A model generated the notes under the pieces. That model saw nothing but the letters and a program-made list of their open reading frames with translations, ran no database searches and had not been told where the DNA came from. The translations under genes and the position numbers were made by a program. Source: Azolla caroliniana (taxonomy: Eukaryota > Plantae > Polypodiophyta). Taken from it: DNA of 64,000 bases. The stretch lies in assembly GCA_043228905.1 (NCBI GenBank), contig JBHGNT010000013.1, positions 5,456,001 through 5,520,000 of the forward strand, read 5' to 3'. Positions 12,854-22,820 of the stretch are shown piece by piece (positions within the stretch are counted from its first letter, which is position 1; each line of letters starts with the position of its first letter).

Positions 12854-13312
12854 TGTTACCCGGCCAGCAAGAAGGCTTAAGGAGATCCAAACCAGAGTGT
12901 GAAAGGAATAGTTTATTTGGGAACTGTTGTAATTAGTAATCTTAATATATATTAATATATGAGAAGATGTGGATGGACGGACCAGAATCGGTATGCCGAT
13001 CCGGATTCAGACCGATCCCGAAAAGGTGCCGGTTGGCACCGTTTTGTACTTCGCACCGGAGACCTATATAAAGGCTTGATTACAATGTAATCGACAACGG
13101 ATAATTAATAGAACGTATTGCCTTAATCTTTCAGTATTGATTACCGTTCTGTGCTTATTGTATATCTTACGCGTGTTAATGATGTATTGCTAAGTAATAG
13201 ATTAAGGTCTAATTAAGCGTTGTGTCGTAAGTCATCCTACCGTAACACCCTTTGGTGAAGTATCTTAAGTGGACACCCTGTGTTAGGCTGTTGTCCGGCC
13301 CTAGGATTAACA
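12854..13312 (+). repeat. 3' LTR of Gypsy A
   Basis: Direct repeat of 3305-3763. Confidence 0.95.
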
Positions 13313-13452
13313 GTGTCGATTGGTCAGATCGTCGACCAAGGGATGCAGGTTCGATTCACGCATCTTGGCTGCTTCATTGAAGAAGAAGGCAAAGTCATTG
13401 CACAAGGGAGCTGTGAAGAGAGGATGTTTATCCTCGAAACCAACAATGTGGG

Positions 13453-13871
13453 TGTTATTCTCTGACCGGACAAGGCCTAACACAAGGTGTCACGGAGACA
13501 CTTCACCAAAGGGTGATTACGGCATAGGATTATGACTCAACGATTACACCGACTTACGTAGGTTACACGATTAGAGCGCTTTCGTTAATTACATGTGTAA
13601 GATATAACAGTAAGTACAGAACAGAAATCAACATAGAAGTATAAACACCATATGCTCTATTAATTATCCGCTGCGATTACAATGGGGTCCGGGCCTTTAA
13701 ATAGGTTTCCGGCCCGTAGTACAAAACGGTGCATATCGCACCTATTCGGGATCCGTCCGGATCTGGAACGGCATACCGTTTCCAGTCCGTCCGTCCATAC
13801 TATGCTTATTTACAACCATACTTAATTAATTCCTTCACTCCGTATTTTGGACTCCTTGCCGGCCGGTAACA
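13453..13871 (-). repeat. 3' LTR of Gypsy B
   Basis: TGTTA..TAACA, near identical to 22397-22815 and 59632-60050. Confidence 0.95.
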
Positions 13872-13873
13872 CA

Positions 13874-13890
13874 TGGCACGCCCGTGGGAC
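13874..13890 (+). promoter_or_regulatory. Antisense PBS-like site in the PPT position (element B)
   Basis: TGGCACGCCCGTGGGAC, 2 nt from the LTR end. Confidence 0.7.
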
Positions 13891-13923
13891 AGCACCTTGT
13901 ACGTCGAACCCTTCTCGGCCCCT

Positions 13924-16332
13924 TCATTGTTCACCCAAATTGTCCAAAATACTTTGTTCCAGAGTTTCCACTTGTTCTTCCGGTTGTGGTTGTTGCGGCT
14001 GTGCTTGCTGCTGCTGCTGTGGTTGCGGTTGGGACTGAGGCTGTTCCGGCTGCTCTATAGGCGGTTGCTCCGTTTGTTTCTCTGACCCCGACTGCTCCGT
14101 TTGTCTCTCTGACTCTGGAATCTCCGTTTGACTGCTTCCGGTCCGGTCTCCTTCCAGTAACGGTTCCTCATCACTGAGATTGACCGTTACTGGTTCTCGT
14201 GCTTTCTCTTCCTGGATCTGGGACCTCTCGTAGCTTTCAAACTGGATCTGCGCCTCCAGCCTGTCGTCGTCCAGCTGAGCTACAAGTTGCCGGACTTGCC
14301 CTAGTTGGTCCTCTGCCAAGGCTTGAAAGTCTTCGGCCAGCTCATCTCTTATGCCGGTGAAGTCTTCGGAAGTCAGCATATAGCAATCATCTCCCTCCTT
14401 CCGCCGGTTCTCTACGTCGGCCCGGAGCAATTGGAGTTCCGCCGCGTTCGTGGCCCACTTGGTCCACCATTTGACGGAACCGTTGTCAATCAAGCTCTTG
14501 GTCTGGTTCAACCAGGCCCGCATGATATCCTGGATGCGACTTGCTCCCATTTGCGCTCTACTTTCCACAACTTGTCGTTCCTCCTTCAACTGCTTAATGA
14601 GATTAGCCGTATCCTTCGCCTGCTCTCTGTAGCGCGTCAGCTGCCCTTGATATGTTGTTTGCAGCCTCTGCAGTACCTCCGCCGCTCTTTCTTTTTCCGC
14701 CTGCTGTTGCCTGAGGAGCTCTATCCGAACCTTCTCCGCCTCTTCCAACCGTCTTCTGGTTTCCGCTTGTTCCTTAGCGTATGCCGTTGCGGTCCGATCA
14801 ACTGCTTGCCGGAGCTCATCTGTCCGTTCCTTGTGGTCCGTTTGCAACCGTTTATACTCCCGGTGCAAGTGCTCAAATTCCTCCGTTTTTTGTTTGAGCT
14901 TGCCGTTGATCTGGCGATGGTTCCGGTCCTCCCGGTCCTTTACCTGCCGGAGTTCCTCTTTCAGGCGCTCTACTTCTGTTTCGGCGTTCCTCCGGAGCCT
15001 GTCCTTCTCTTGCAGCATTTTCTCCTTCTCCTCCTTGAGCCGGTCGTACGCTTGGTGGCCTTTTCGTAAGCTCTCCTCGGCCCGGCGTAGATTCTCAGCA
15101 GTCTTTTTGAGTTCTGCCTCCGCTGCCGTCTTCAACTCTCTTTCGCGGCTCCTCAGCGCTTCTTGGGCAGCTAGCTCATCCTTTAAGTCCGCAAGCTCTT
15201 GGGCTTGTGCCGCATTTCTCTCCGGAACGGTTTCCGTTGCCGGGGTCTGATTGCTATGTACAGGTTGATCTGACGCTTTATTCTGTACATTGCCCGGAGT
15301 CACCGGTGCTTGGACTTGTGTTGTCAAAGCCAATTGAGCCATTTCCATTGTGACCCTGTCCAAGTCTTGTTCAAGGCTCCGGATTCTGGACCGGGCCGTC
15401 TCTAGATCTACGGTTGTGACGAGCAACCGTTCGTGGTGCGCTCTCTCCTCCGCCTCTATGTACTCGACCACTCCGGCGATCTGCTCGCCTACCCACCGTA
15501 GCCACATGCTACTGGTGCCTTGCTGCTGTACTGGTCGGGTCGGCTCGTTCACTGTGGAATTGTCTGGCCTGAGTGCCTGTATCTGCCGTTCTCGTTCTAC
15601 TCCTTGGCCGCCGTGTGTGCTAGCTGGGCTCGCCGGCTGTTGAGTTCCGGTTCTCGCCGTCTCCGGAGCCGTTGGAATGACTTCTTCTATAGAAGTCGAC
15701 AAGGCCGGTTCCATACGCACCGGTTCCGGTTCCTCCCTTGTGGTTTGCTCAGGTTGAGTTGGGGGCGTTTCTTCCTTTTGCGGGTCCGAACGCTCCCCCG
15801 TTGTCCCGGCGGTCCTACTTCTTGACCGTCGTTGGAGGTGCTCTACTGGCTCCTCCGTTTCCTCTTCCTGGGCAACGACATGTTTCTGTGCCGTCAAGAG
15901 TTCCGGTTCCTTCTGTCCCGGTCGCCGTATGGTTATCTTAACGGGTCGGACCGGTGACACCTCCTCCGGTTCTGGGAGCCGTTTCTTCCCTTTCGTCGCC
16001 TTCGACGCCAGCAGCTGCTGTCGTTTAGACGCGGGTTTCGAGGTGCTTCCTTCCGATAATCTTGGCCGCTTCTTTGGCTGGACGGTCTCGACCGGCGGCA
16101 CGAGCAATGTTATCCACTGAGCTACGGCATGCCACAGCTTCCGGCCCTCCTTGCCGTCCTTTCCTCGTACCATGTCGATTGCCGCGCACAAACCGTCTGC
16201 AATCAACACCGGCCAATCCACCTTGGTCCCTTCATAGGTGGCTATGATCATCCCTGCCCGATTTTTTGGCATGACAGCTCCATGCGTTCTGCTTCTTCTC
16301 TGTGCGTCTTGGCGCCTTTTTCGAGCATGCAC
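13924..16332 (-). CDS. Gypsy B extra ORF3 coiled-coil protein (802 aa; N-terminal domain removed by an in-frame deletion)
   Basis: Open ORF, nearly identical to element C but lacking about 510 bp present at 62345-62854. Confidence 0.8.
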   Translation of the reverse strand: MHARKRRQDAQRRSRTHGAVMPKNRAGMIIATYEGTKVDWPVLIADGLCAAIDMVRGKDGKEGRKLWHAVAQWITLLVPPVETVQPKKRPRLSEGSTSKPASKRQQLLASKATKGKKRLPEPEEVSPVRPVKITIRRPGQKEPELLTAQKHVVAQEEETEEPVEHLQRRSRSRTAGTTGERSDPQKEETPPTQPEQTTREEPEPVRMEPALSTSIEEVIPTAPETARTGTQQPASPASTHGGQGVERERQIQALRPDNSTVNEPTRPVQQQGTSSMWLRWVGEQIAGVVEYIEAEERAHHERLLVTTVDLETARSRIRSLEQDLDRVTMEMAQLALTTQVQAPVTPGNVQNKASDQPVHSNQTPATETVPERNAAQAQELADLKDELAAQEALRSRERELKTAAEAELKKTAENLRRAEESLRKGHQAYDRLKEEKEKMLQEKDRLRRNAETEVERLKEELRQVKDREDRNHRQINGKLKQKTEEFEHLHREYKRLQTDHKERTDELRQAVDRTATAYAKEQAETRRRLEEAEKVRIELLRQQQAEKERAAEVLQRLQTTYQGQLTRYREQAKDTANLIKQLKEERQVVESRAQMGASRIQDIMRAWLNQTKSLIDNGSVKWWTKWATNAAELQLLRADVENRRKEGDDCYMLTSEDFTGIRDELAEDFQALAEDQLGQVRQLVAQLDDDRLEAQIQFESYERSQIQEEKAREPVTVNLSDEEPLLEGDRTGSSQTEIPESERQTEQSGSEKQTEQPPIEQPEQPQSQPQPQQQQQAQPQQPQPEEQVETLEQSILDNLGEQ

Positions 16333-16484
16333 ACGTCGTGTACCAATTTCGTATTAAGTAGCGTGGCGGCTCTTAAATGCCCACTTCGTACCTTTTCGCT
16401 CCTTGCTTTCACGTCCGTTCATACCTCGATTTTTAATGATTTCTTATTTATTTATTTATTTATTTTAAATGACGGTATGTGATC

Positions 16485-19400
16485 TTACACATCCGTAGGT
16501 CCCTTCGGACCCTTACCGTTTTCCTTACGGGTTGCCGTGTCTTCCTTCGCCTCTGCTACGGGTTCCCCGTCGTCTTTTTCTTCCATCCGTACCGTTCCCG
16601 GTATAGTGCCGCTGGGCTGCATAAACGGGTTCTTTGGCATCGGTCCTTTATAGGGCTTTAGTCTAAATCCGTTGACCCACTTGCCTAGCACTTCACCGGC
16701 AAGTGTCCCTAACTGATAGGACCCGTTGTATTCCCGTGTCAGCCAATACGGGCCTGTCCATCTAAACCGGAGTTTACCCGGCAGCTTGCCCATCCTCGTT
16801 TGGAATACTAGCACCGGCTTTCCGATTTCGAACATCTTTTCATTACCTTTCCGGTGACGGTCAACAAACGCTTTCCGTCGTCGTTGCTCCAGTTCCATGT
16901 GTAGGATGCTGGCCAGCCGTTGCTCCTCCAGTTCGCATAGTGCTGCTAGCCGCGTTTCCTCCGACTCCTTTTCATTCAGCCGTTCCCGTAGTTGGATCCG
17001 TAAGCTTGGTACCTGAAACTCCACCGGCATGACCGCCTCTAAGCCGAACGCTAACCGGAACGGCGTTGTCCGGATACTTGTTTTGTATGCCGTTCGGTAC
17101 ACCCATAGCGCGCTATGGAGCTTTGTATCCCAGTCCGTCCGGTTTTCATTGACGATTTTGCGGAGAATGTTCTGCAACGTTTTGTTGGTGGACTCTGCTA
17201 ACCCGTTCGCTTGTGGGTAGTACGGTGTGCTCCGTTTATGGACCACGGCATAGAACGTTGTTAAGCTTTCAACTACCTGGCCGAGGAAGTGCCCTCCTTG
17301 GTCGCTGATTAATTCAATCGGACATCCATATCGGCACCAAATGTTCTCGTACAGGAATTTTGCTGTGGATGACGCGGTATTGTCTCTCAAGGCCTTAGCC
17401 TCCACCCATTTAGTGCAATAATCTGTTGCCACGATGACATAACGATTACCCGTTCTCATTGCCGGTGGCTTGAACGGTCCGACAAAATCCAACCCCCACT
17501 TCTGGAATGGCTCTAGTGGAAGTACCGGTTGGTGTGGCATCCGTGCTTGCTCCGTAGGCTGGCCCATTCGTTGGCATAGGTCACATTCCTTAGCGTACTT
17601 GACGGCGTCTTTTAACGTCGTGGGCCACCATAAGCCGCTCTGCCATACTTTCCTTGCCGTCGCTTCCCCGGCATAGTGTCCTCCGGCAACCCCACAGTGT
17701 GCTTCCCATAAGATTACTTGTTTCTCGTCACTACGGACTGCCCGTCTCCATATTCCATCTGCTCCTTTGTGGTAGAGAGTGTCCCGTAACAGACAGAAAT
17801 TGCGGCTCTGCACCGCCAGTCGTTTCCTCTCGTCCCGGTTCATTTCCTCCGGTGGCAGGCCCGTGCTTAGGAACTGGTGCATGTTTGTCAGCCACCTATC
17901 TTCTGATGCCACCGTGTCGTCCGCTGCCATTTCCGGGGTGATACGGAATAACTCTGCGTCCGGGAATTCATCCGCTACTCCGTCGCCTGATTCTCCGGAC
18001 TCTAACCGGCTTAGGTAGTCTGCTACGGCATGCTGGATACCGGGCCGGTGGAAGATCTCGAATTCGAACTCCTGCAACAGCAAGGTCCAACGGGCCAACT
18101 TACCGGTCAGGGACGCCTTGGACACTAAGTACAGGAGCGCCGAGTGATCCACATGAAAGGAGAACTTCCTTCCCAATAGGTAATGACGAAACTTTGTTAC
18201 ACTGTAGATCATGCCCAGGGCCTCTCGTTCCGTCGTCGAATAGTTCTTCTCCGCTTGGGACAGCTTCCGGCTTGCGTAATATACCGGCCGGTACCATTTG
18301 GGCTCCGTAAGTTGCGTTAAGGCGCTGCCGATAGCGATGTCGGAAGCGTCAACGAACACATGAAATTCCTTGCTCCAATCGGGAGGCTGCACGACGGGTG
18401 CTTGCGACAAAAGTACCTTCAGGGCATTGTATGCCTTATCCTCCGTATCCGTCCATTGGAACGGTGTCCGATGTACCGCGGTGTGTAATGGTGTAGCCAA
18501 GTCAGCCAAGTGACGGAGCATCCGGCTGTGCCACCGGATCTGTCCTAAGAATCGGCTTAGTGCTTTGGCCGTTTTCGGTGCCGGTGCCCCTAGTATCGCG
18601 TTTACTTTGTCCGGGTCGACCGCAATGCCCTCCTTACTTACAATGTGTCCCAGTAAGATTCCACTTGAAACCCCAAAGATGCATTTTGCTGGGTTTAAGC
18701 TTAGCCGGTATAACCTACACTTTTCAAGGCATAACCGTAGGTGCTGCAAATGGTCTTTTCCCCGGCTATAGACTGCAAAATCATCCAGGAAAACCTGCAT
18801 GAAGGCAGGAATGTATTCGCCGAAGATCTCCATGATGATTCGCTGGAAAGTTGCTGGTGCCGTTTTTAGGCCGAACATCATTACTTCGGCCACAAACACC
18901 CCCCATTCGGTGACGAACGCTGTCTTCTCCTGGTCGTCAGGGTGCATCCGGATTTGATTGTATCCGCTGAACCCGTCTAGAAAGCTATAAACTTCATGGC
19001 CGGCGACGGCATCCAGTACTCCATCCGTGAACGGAAGAGGGAATGCATCCGTAATTGTGGCTGCATTTAGTTTCCTGTAATCTACACACACGCGGATTTT
19101 ACCGTTCTTCTTTGGGACGACGACGATGGGGCTCAGCCACGTCGCTTTCTTTACCGGCCGGATGAAGCCCACTCTTAGGAGTTTGTCGATTTCCTCCTTC
19201 ACTTTGGCGGCGTAGTTGGGGTTCATTCGGTAACGTCGTTGCGCCACTGGTTTCGCGTCCTTGCCTAAGTGGATCTGATGCTGATATAATTGAGGGTCTA
19301 GCCCTCGCATGTCTTCGTATGACCAGGTGAATACGTCGCGAAACTCCGTGAGAAGTTTGATCATCGCCGCTTTATCTTCCGGCTTCATTTCTTTGGCGAT

Positions 19401-22343
19401 GTGTACCGGCTTTGATTCGTCCTTGCTTCCTAGGTTCACTTCGTCGAGCTGGGATGTTTTTACCCGTTGGGAAACGGCCATTTCCCGTTCCAACGCTTCC
19501 TGTGCTTGCCGTAATTCCCGAATCGAATCTTTGTCTGGTTCGGCTTCGGTTTCGTCCCGCTGCGGCAAGTATGGCGCTACGGCCTCAGCTACGTCAATCT
19601 CGAAGAGTGGTACGATCTTCGGGTGTTCCTCCAAGTACTGGGCTTCTTCGTCGTCTGCCAACCCTTCAAGCATGTTCACGCATTCCGCATATAGCGGTGT
19701 GCATTCCTTACCGTTGCTCGTCCGTGGTTGTGTCGGTACCCGGACCTTGGCTTTTCCGCGCCGGAAGGTAATCATATTTTTCCGCCAATTTTGCTTGATG
19801 TGTGCTGTTTTCAACCATGGTCTGCCCAGCAACAGTGGGTACGCGCCTTGCGCCTGTAGCTGCAGCACTACAGCCGAGATGTGAAATGTGTGACCTCCTA
19901 TGGTGACTTCCAATTTCCGTATTAAGCCCGTCGGCCGTACAGAGCTCGTATCCGCCATCCGTAGCCAGAACGGACATGGCTCCCATTCATGTATACCCAA
20001 GGCATCACACGTGCGGAGGCTTATTACGTTCACCCCGGAACCTCCATCGATTACTGTGCCGGGAAGTTCGTGCCCTTTGACAATAGCTGTAATCACCGGA
20101 CTACTAGTGTCCACCACCGTCGGTCCCTCCTCCGGATTCGAGAAAAGGACTGGTGCCGGTGGGGCTATACCGTCTGTCATGACCGTTTTTAGTCCTTCCG
20201 TAAATCGTGGCACGAGCTGTAAGAGTCTTCCTAATGGCAATGTGATCTGACATTCTTGCAGTGCTTGCCATGTCTCGTTTTCTACGTGGCTACCACCAGC
20301 ACTCCCTATGGTATTCGCCTTTTGCCGTTCCGCGTCCGCGACGTTCCTTTCATTGGCTTCCTTCACCCATTCCGTCGCCTATGTTCGTATGGCCTCTTGT
20401 GTTTCCCACTCTTTGGCCATGCCTTTCGACCGTGTGGTTACTTGCTGTATATCCGCCACTTCCGGAACCACCATATTAACTGCTGGTCGTTTATCGTAGC
20501 TCTTTACCGGGCACTGGTTACTGTAGTGGCCTTCCTGCTTGCAGTAGTAACAGTACTCTTTCCGGGTATTGCTGGATTCAGCATTGCTGGTAGCCGGAGT
20601 TGGTCCCGTAGTGAGTGGTGCGTTCTGTGCCGGTTGGCTCCTTGGGGTTCCATGTTCCGGGTCCCTAGGGTGACCACCTTTCTTGAAATTACGTTTCTTA
20701 TTAATCTTATTTTTATTTCGGTAGTCCTGTCGTGATGGATCGTAAAATCGGCCGTAGTCCTCCTGGTGCCTTCGGTAACCAGGGGAATGGTCTCTGTCGT
20801 ATTGCTCGTGTCGTCTGTTGGGCTCCCGATAACGGTCCGATCGCTCATACCGGTCGTAGTTATCATGCCGATCCCCGTACCGGCCATCATTCTCTTTTCT
20901 GTCTCCGTACCGGACATCCTGTGTCGGTCGGTATCGGTTCATTTTTTGCCAACGATCTTCATCTTCGTCTCGGCTGCTTCTTGGCTCGATCCGTCGGACG
21001 GGTGGTGCTTGTCGGTTTAGCAGGTTATACTCGCACCGGTCCGTTGTATGACTCTTGGATTGACAAATCACACACTGGGTTCACATGGTGCACTCCACTG
21101 CCGAGTGTCCGGCATTCAAGCAGATTGTGCATTGAATTGCCTGCCGGAACCGGAGATCTTCATCTGTGGGTAACGCCCGTTGTAGTGCTCCCAGTGTAAG
21201 CCATGAGCTTGACTTTTCCATTTCTCTGACCCGGTCAATGACCTGGTCAATGGTGCTTCCTCGAAAGTCGATCACCGTACGCACCGTGCGTAACGGTTCC
21301 CGGAGTGCGTTTAAAAATATCGTCCGTAATTCCTCCTCCGGGGGTGCACGGGCAAGCTGGCTATGCATTCGTTGGAAACGGATGACGAATTGGGGAATGC
21401 TTTCCCCTGCCTCCTGTCGGATCGTATAAAACAGGCCCACCATCGTCGTCTGGTCGACCTCCTTGTGGAAAAAATGCAAGAATTTTGCTTTTAATTCTAC
21501 AAAGGTTGTGATGGTCGCCGGGTCCTGCGTCCGCCGCCATCGTGTCGCTGGTCCTTCCAACGTGACCCCGAATTCCGCTATCTTCGAGCGTTCTTCTTCC
21601 TCCGGTGTCATTCGCTGGGACGTGTGATTTGCTTCCCATGTCTGCTCGAAGGCATGAACATGCACTTCCGCGTCCGGATCATCGCGATACTTTGAGTATT
21701 GGAACGACATGTCGTCGTCCAGTATTAGGCCGCGGTTTAGTGGCGTTTGTTGATATCTTTCCGGTTTTCTCTCCGGTTCCACTTCCGGTTGTTTTGTCGG
21801 TGCTTTTTCCGGTTCTTTTTCCGGTTCTTTCACCGGCTCGTCTTCCAGTACCTTCGCCGGCTCTTTCGTTGGTGTCGGTGGCTTTGCTTCTTCCACTTCC
21901 GGTGTTGGTGGGTTGACGGCTTCCGTTTGCGGTTCCGGATAGCCCTGGTCGAGCGGTTCCGGTTCTGGAGTCGGCACGGTATCCGACCCGTCGTCCTCCA
22001 GGCCGCCGGGGGTATCGTTGCTGCTCCGGTAGTTCGTGTGCACGCTGTATCCCCCTTCGGAATCCGATTCGTAGGCTGAAAAGGCTTCTGCCTCGTCTTC
22101 TCCGCTTGCCAGCGCCTCGAGGAGGCGTTCAGTTTCCCGGAGACTACTTAGACTGCTTCCGTCGTCCTGCTCGCGAGTTTGCTGTAACCGAAGAGATTCC
22201 TCCGCGACTCTCCAGATCTCGTTGGAGAACGAACGATCCGAGCGAATTTCGTGCGCTGCTTGCTGGAAAGTCTCACGCCGTCTTTGCCGTTCGGCGAGGC
22301 GTCGAGCTCGGTCTGTAACCAGGTCGTGCGTTGGTCTCGTCAT
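16485..22343 (-). pseudogene. Gypsy B single-frame gag-pol polyprotein (~1950 codons) with two nonsense mutations
   Basis: ORFs 21081-22343, 20379-21071 and 16485-20366 share one frame. The stops replace R and Q seen in element A. PR-RT-RH-IN is intact in the 1293-aa ORF, with no chromodomain. Confidence 0.95.
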
Positions 22344-22379
22344 CCATTAAGCCGTCGTTCGCTGCGAGAAAGCAGGAAT

Positions 22380-22390
22380 CGTGGTCGCCA
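22380..22390 (-). promoter_or_regulatory. PBS of Gypsy B, probably tRNA-Arg(UCG)
   Basis: Reverse complement TGGCGACCACG after a CAGTTT spacer. Confidence 0.7.
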
Positions 22391-22396
22391 AAACTG

Positions 22397-22815
22397 TGTT
22401 ATTCTCTGACCGGACAAGGCCTAACACAAGGTGTCACGGAGACACTTCACCAAAGGGTGATTACGGCATAGGATTATGACTCAACGATTACACCGACTTA
22501 CGTAGGTTACATGATTAGAGCGCTTTCGTTAATTACACGCGTAAGATATAACAGTAAGTACAGAACGGAAATCAACACAGAAGTATAAACACCATATGCT
22601 CTATTAATTATCCGCTGCGATTACAATGGGGTCCGGGCCTTTAAATAGGTTTCCGGCCCGTAGTACAAAACGGTGCATATCGCACCTATTCGGGATCCGT
22701 CCGGATCTGGAACGGCATACCGTTTCCAGTCCGTCCGTCCACACTATGTTTATTTACAACCATACTTAATTAATTCCTTCACTCCGTATTTTGGACTCCT
22801 TGCCGGCCGGTAACA
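22397..22815 (-). repeat. 5' LTR of Gypsy B
   Basis: Direct repeat of 13453-13871. Confidence 0.95.
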
Positions 22816-22820
22816 GTGGG

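Larger units (their letters stand above)
3305..13312 (+). mobile_element. Full-length Ty3/Gypsy element A (non-chromovirus, Athila/Tat-related), 10 kb, with extra 3' ORF
   Basis: 459-bp LTRs 3305-3763 and 12854-13312 (about 20 mismatches by eye). TSD GTGTC at 3300-3304 and 13313-13317. The host Copia frame KNLVS|IGQIVDQGM is restored on removal. Confidence 0.96.
13453..22815 (-). mobile_element. Full-length Ty3/Gypsy element B (same family, second subfamily), 9.4 kb
   Basis: 419-bp LTRs 13453-13871 and 22397-22815 (about 7 mismatches, all transitions). TSD GTGGG at 13448-13452 and 22816-22820. The host frame ETNNVG|TAMFAKG is restored on removal. Confidence 0.97.

Noticed and set aside
13912-13926. 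GAAGGGGCCGAGAAGGG (minus strand) as the PPT of Gypsy B/C
   Set aside because: It is over 35 nt from the LTR, interrupted by pyrimidines, and not conserved as a purine run in element A.
14305-15069. Long antisense ORFs over ORF3 and pol
   Set aside because: These are shadow frames of GC-rich, biased coding sequence with no independent motifs.
13924-16332. Host SMC/myosin-like gene or true retroviral env
   Set aside because: It lies between pol and the 3' LTR in all copies, and shows no visible signal peptide or transmembrane helix.
20379-21083. Programmed stop read-through between gag and pol in element B
   Set aside because: Both stops correspond to sense codons (R, Q) in element A and are simple C-to-T changes.
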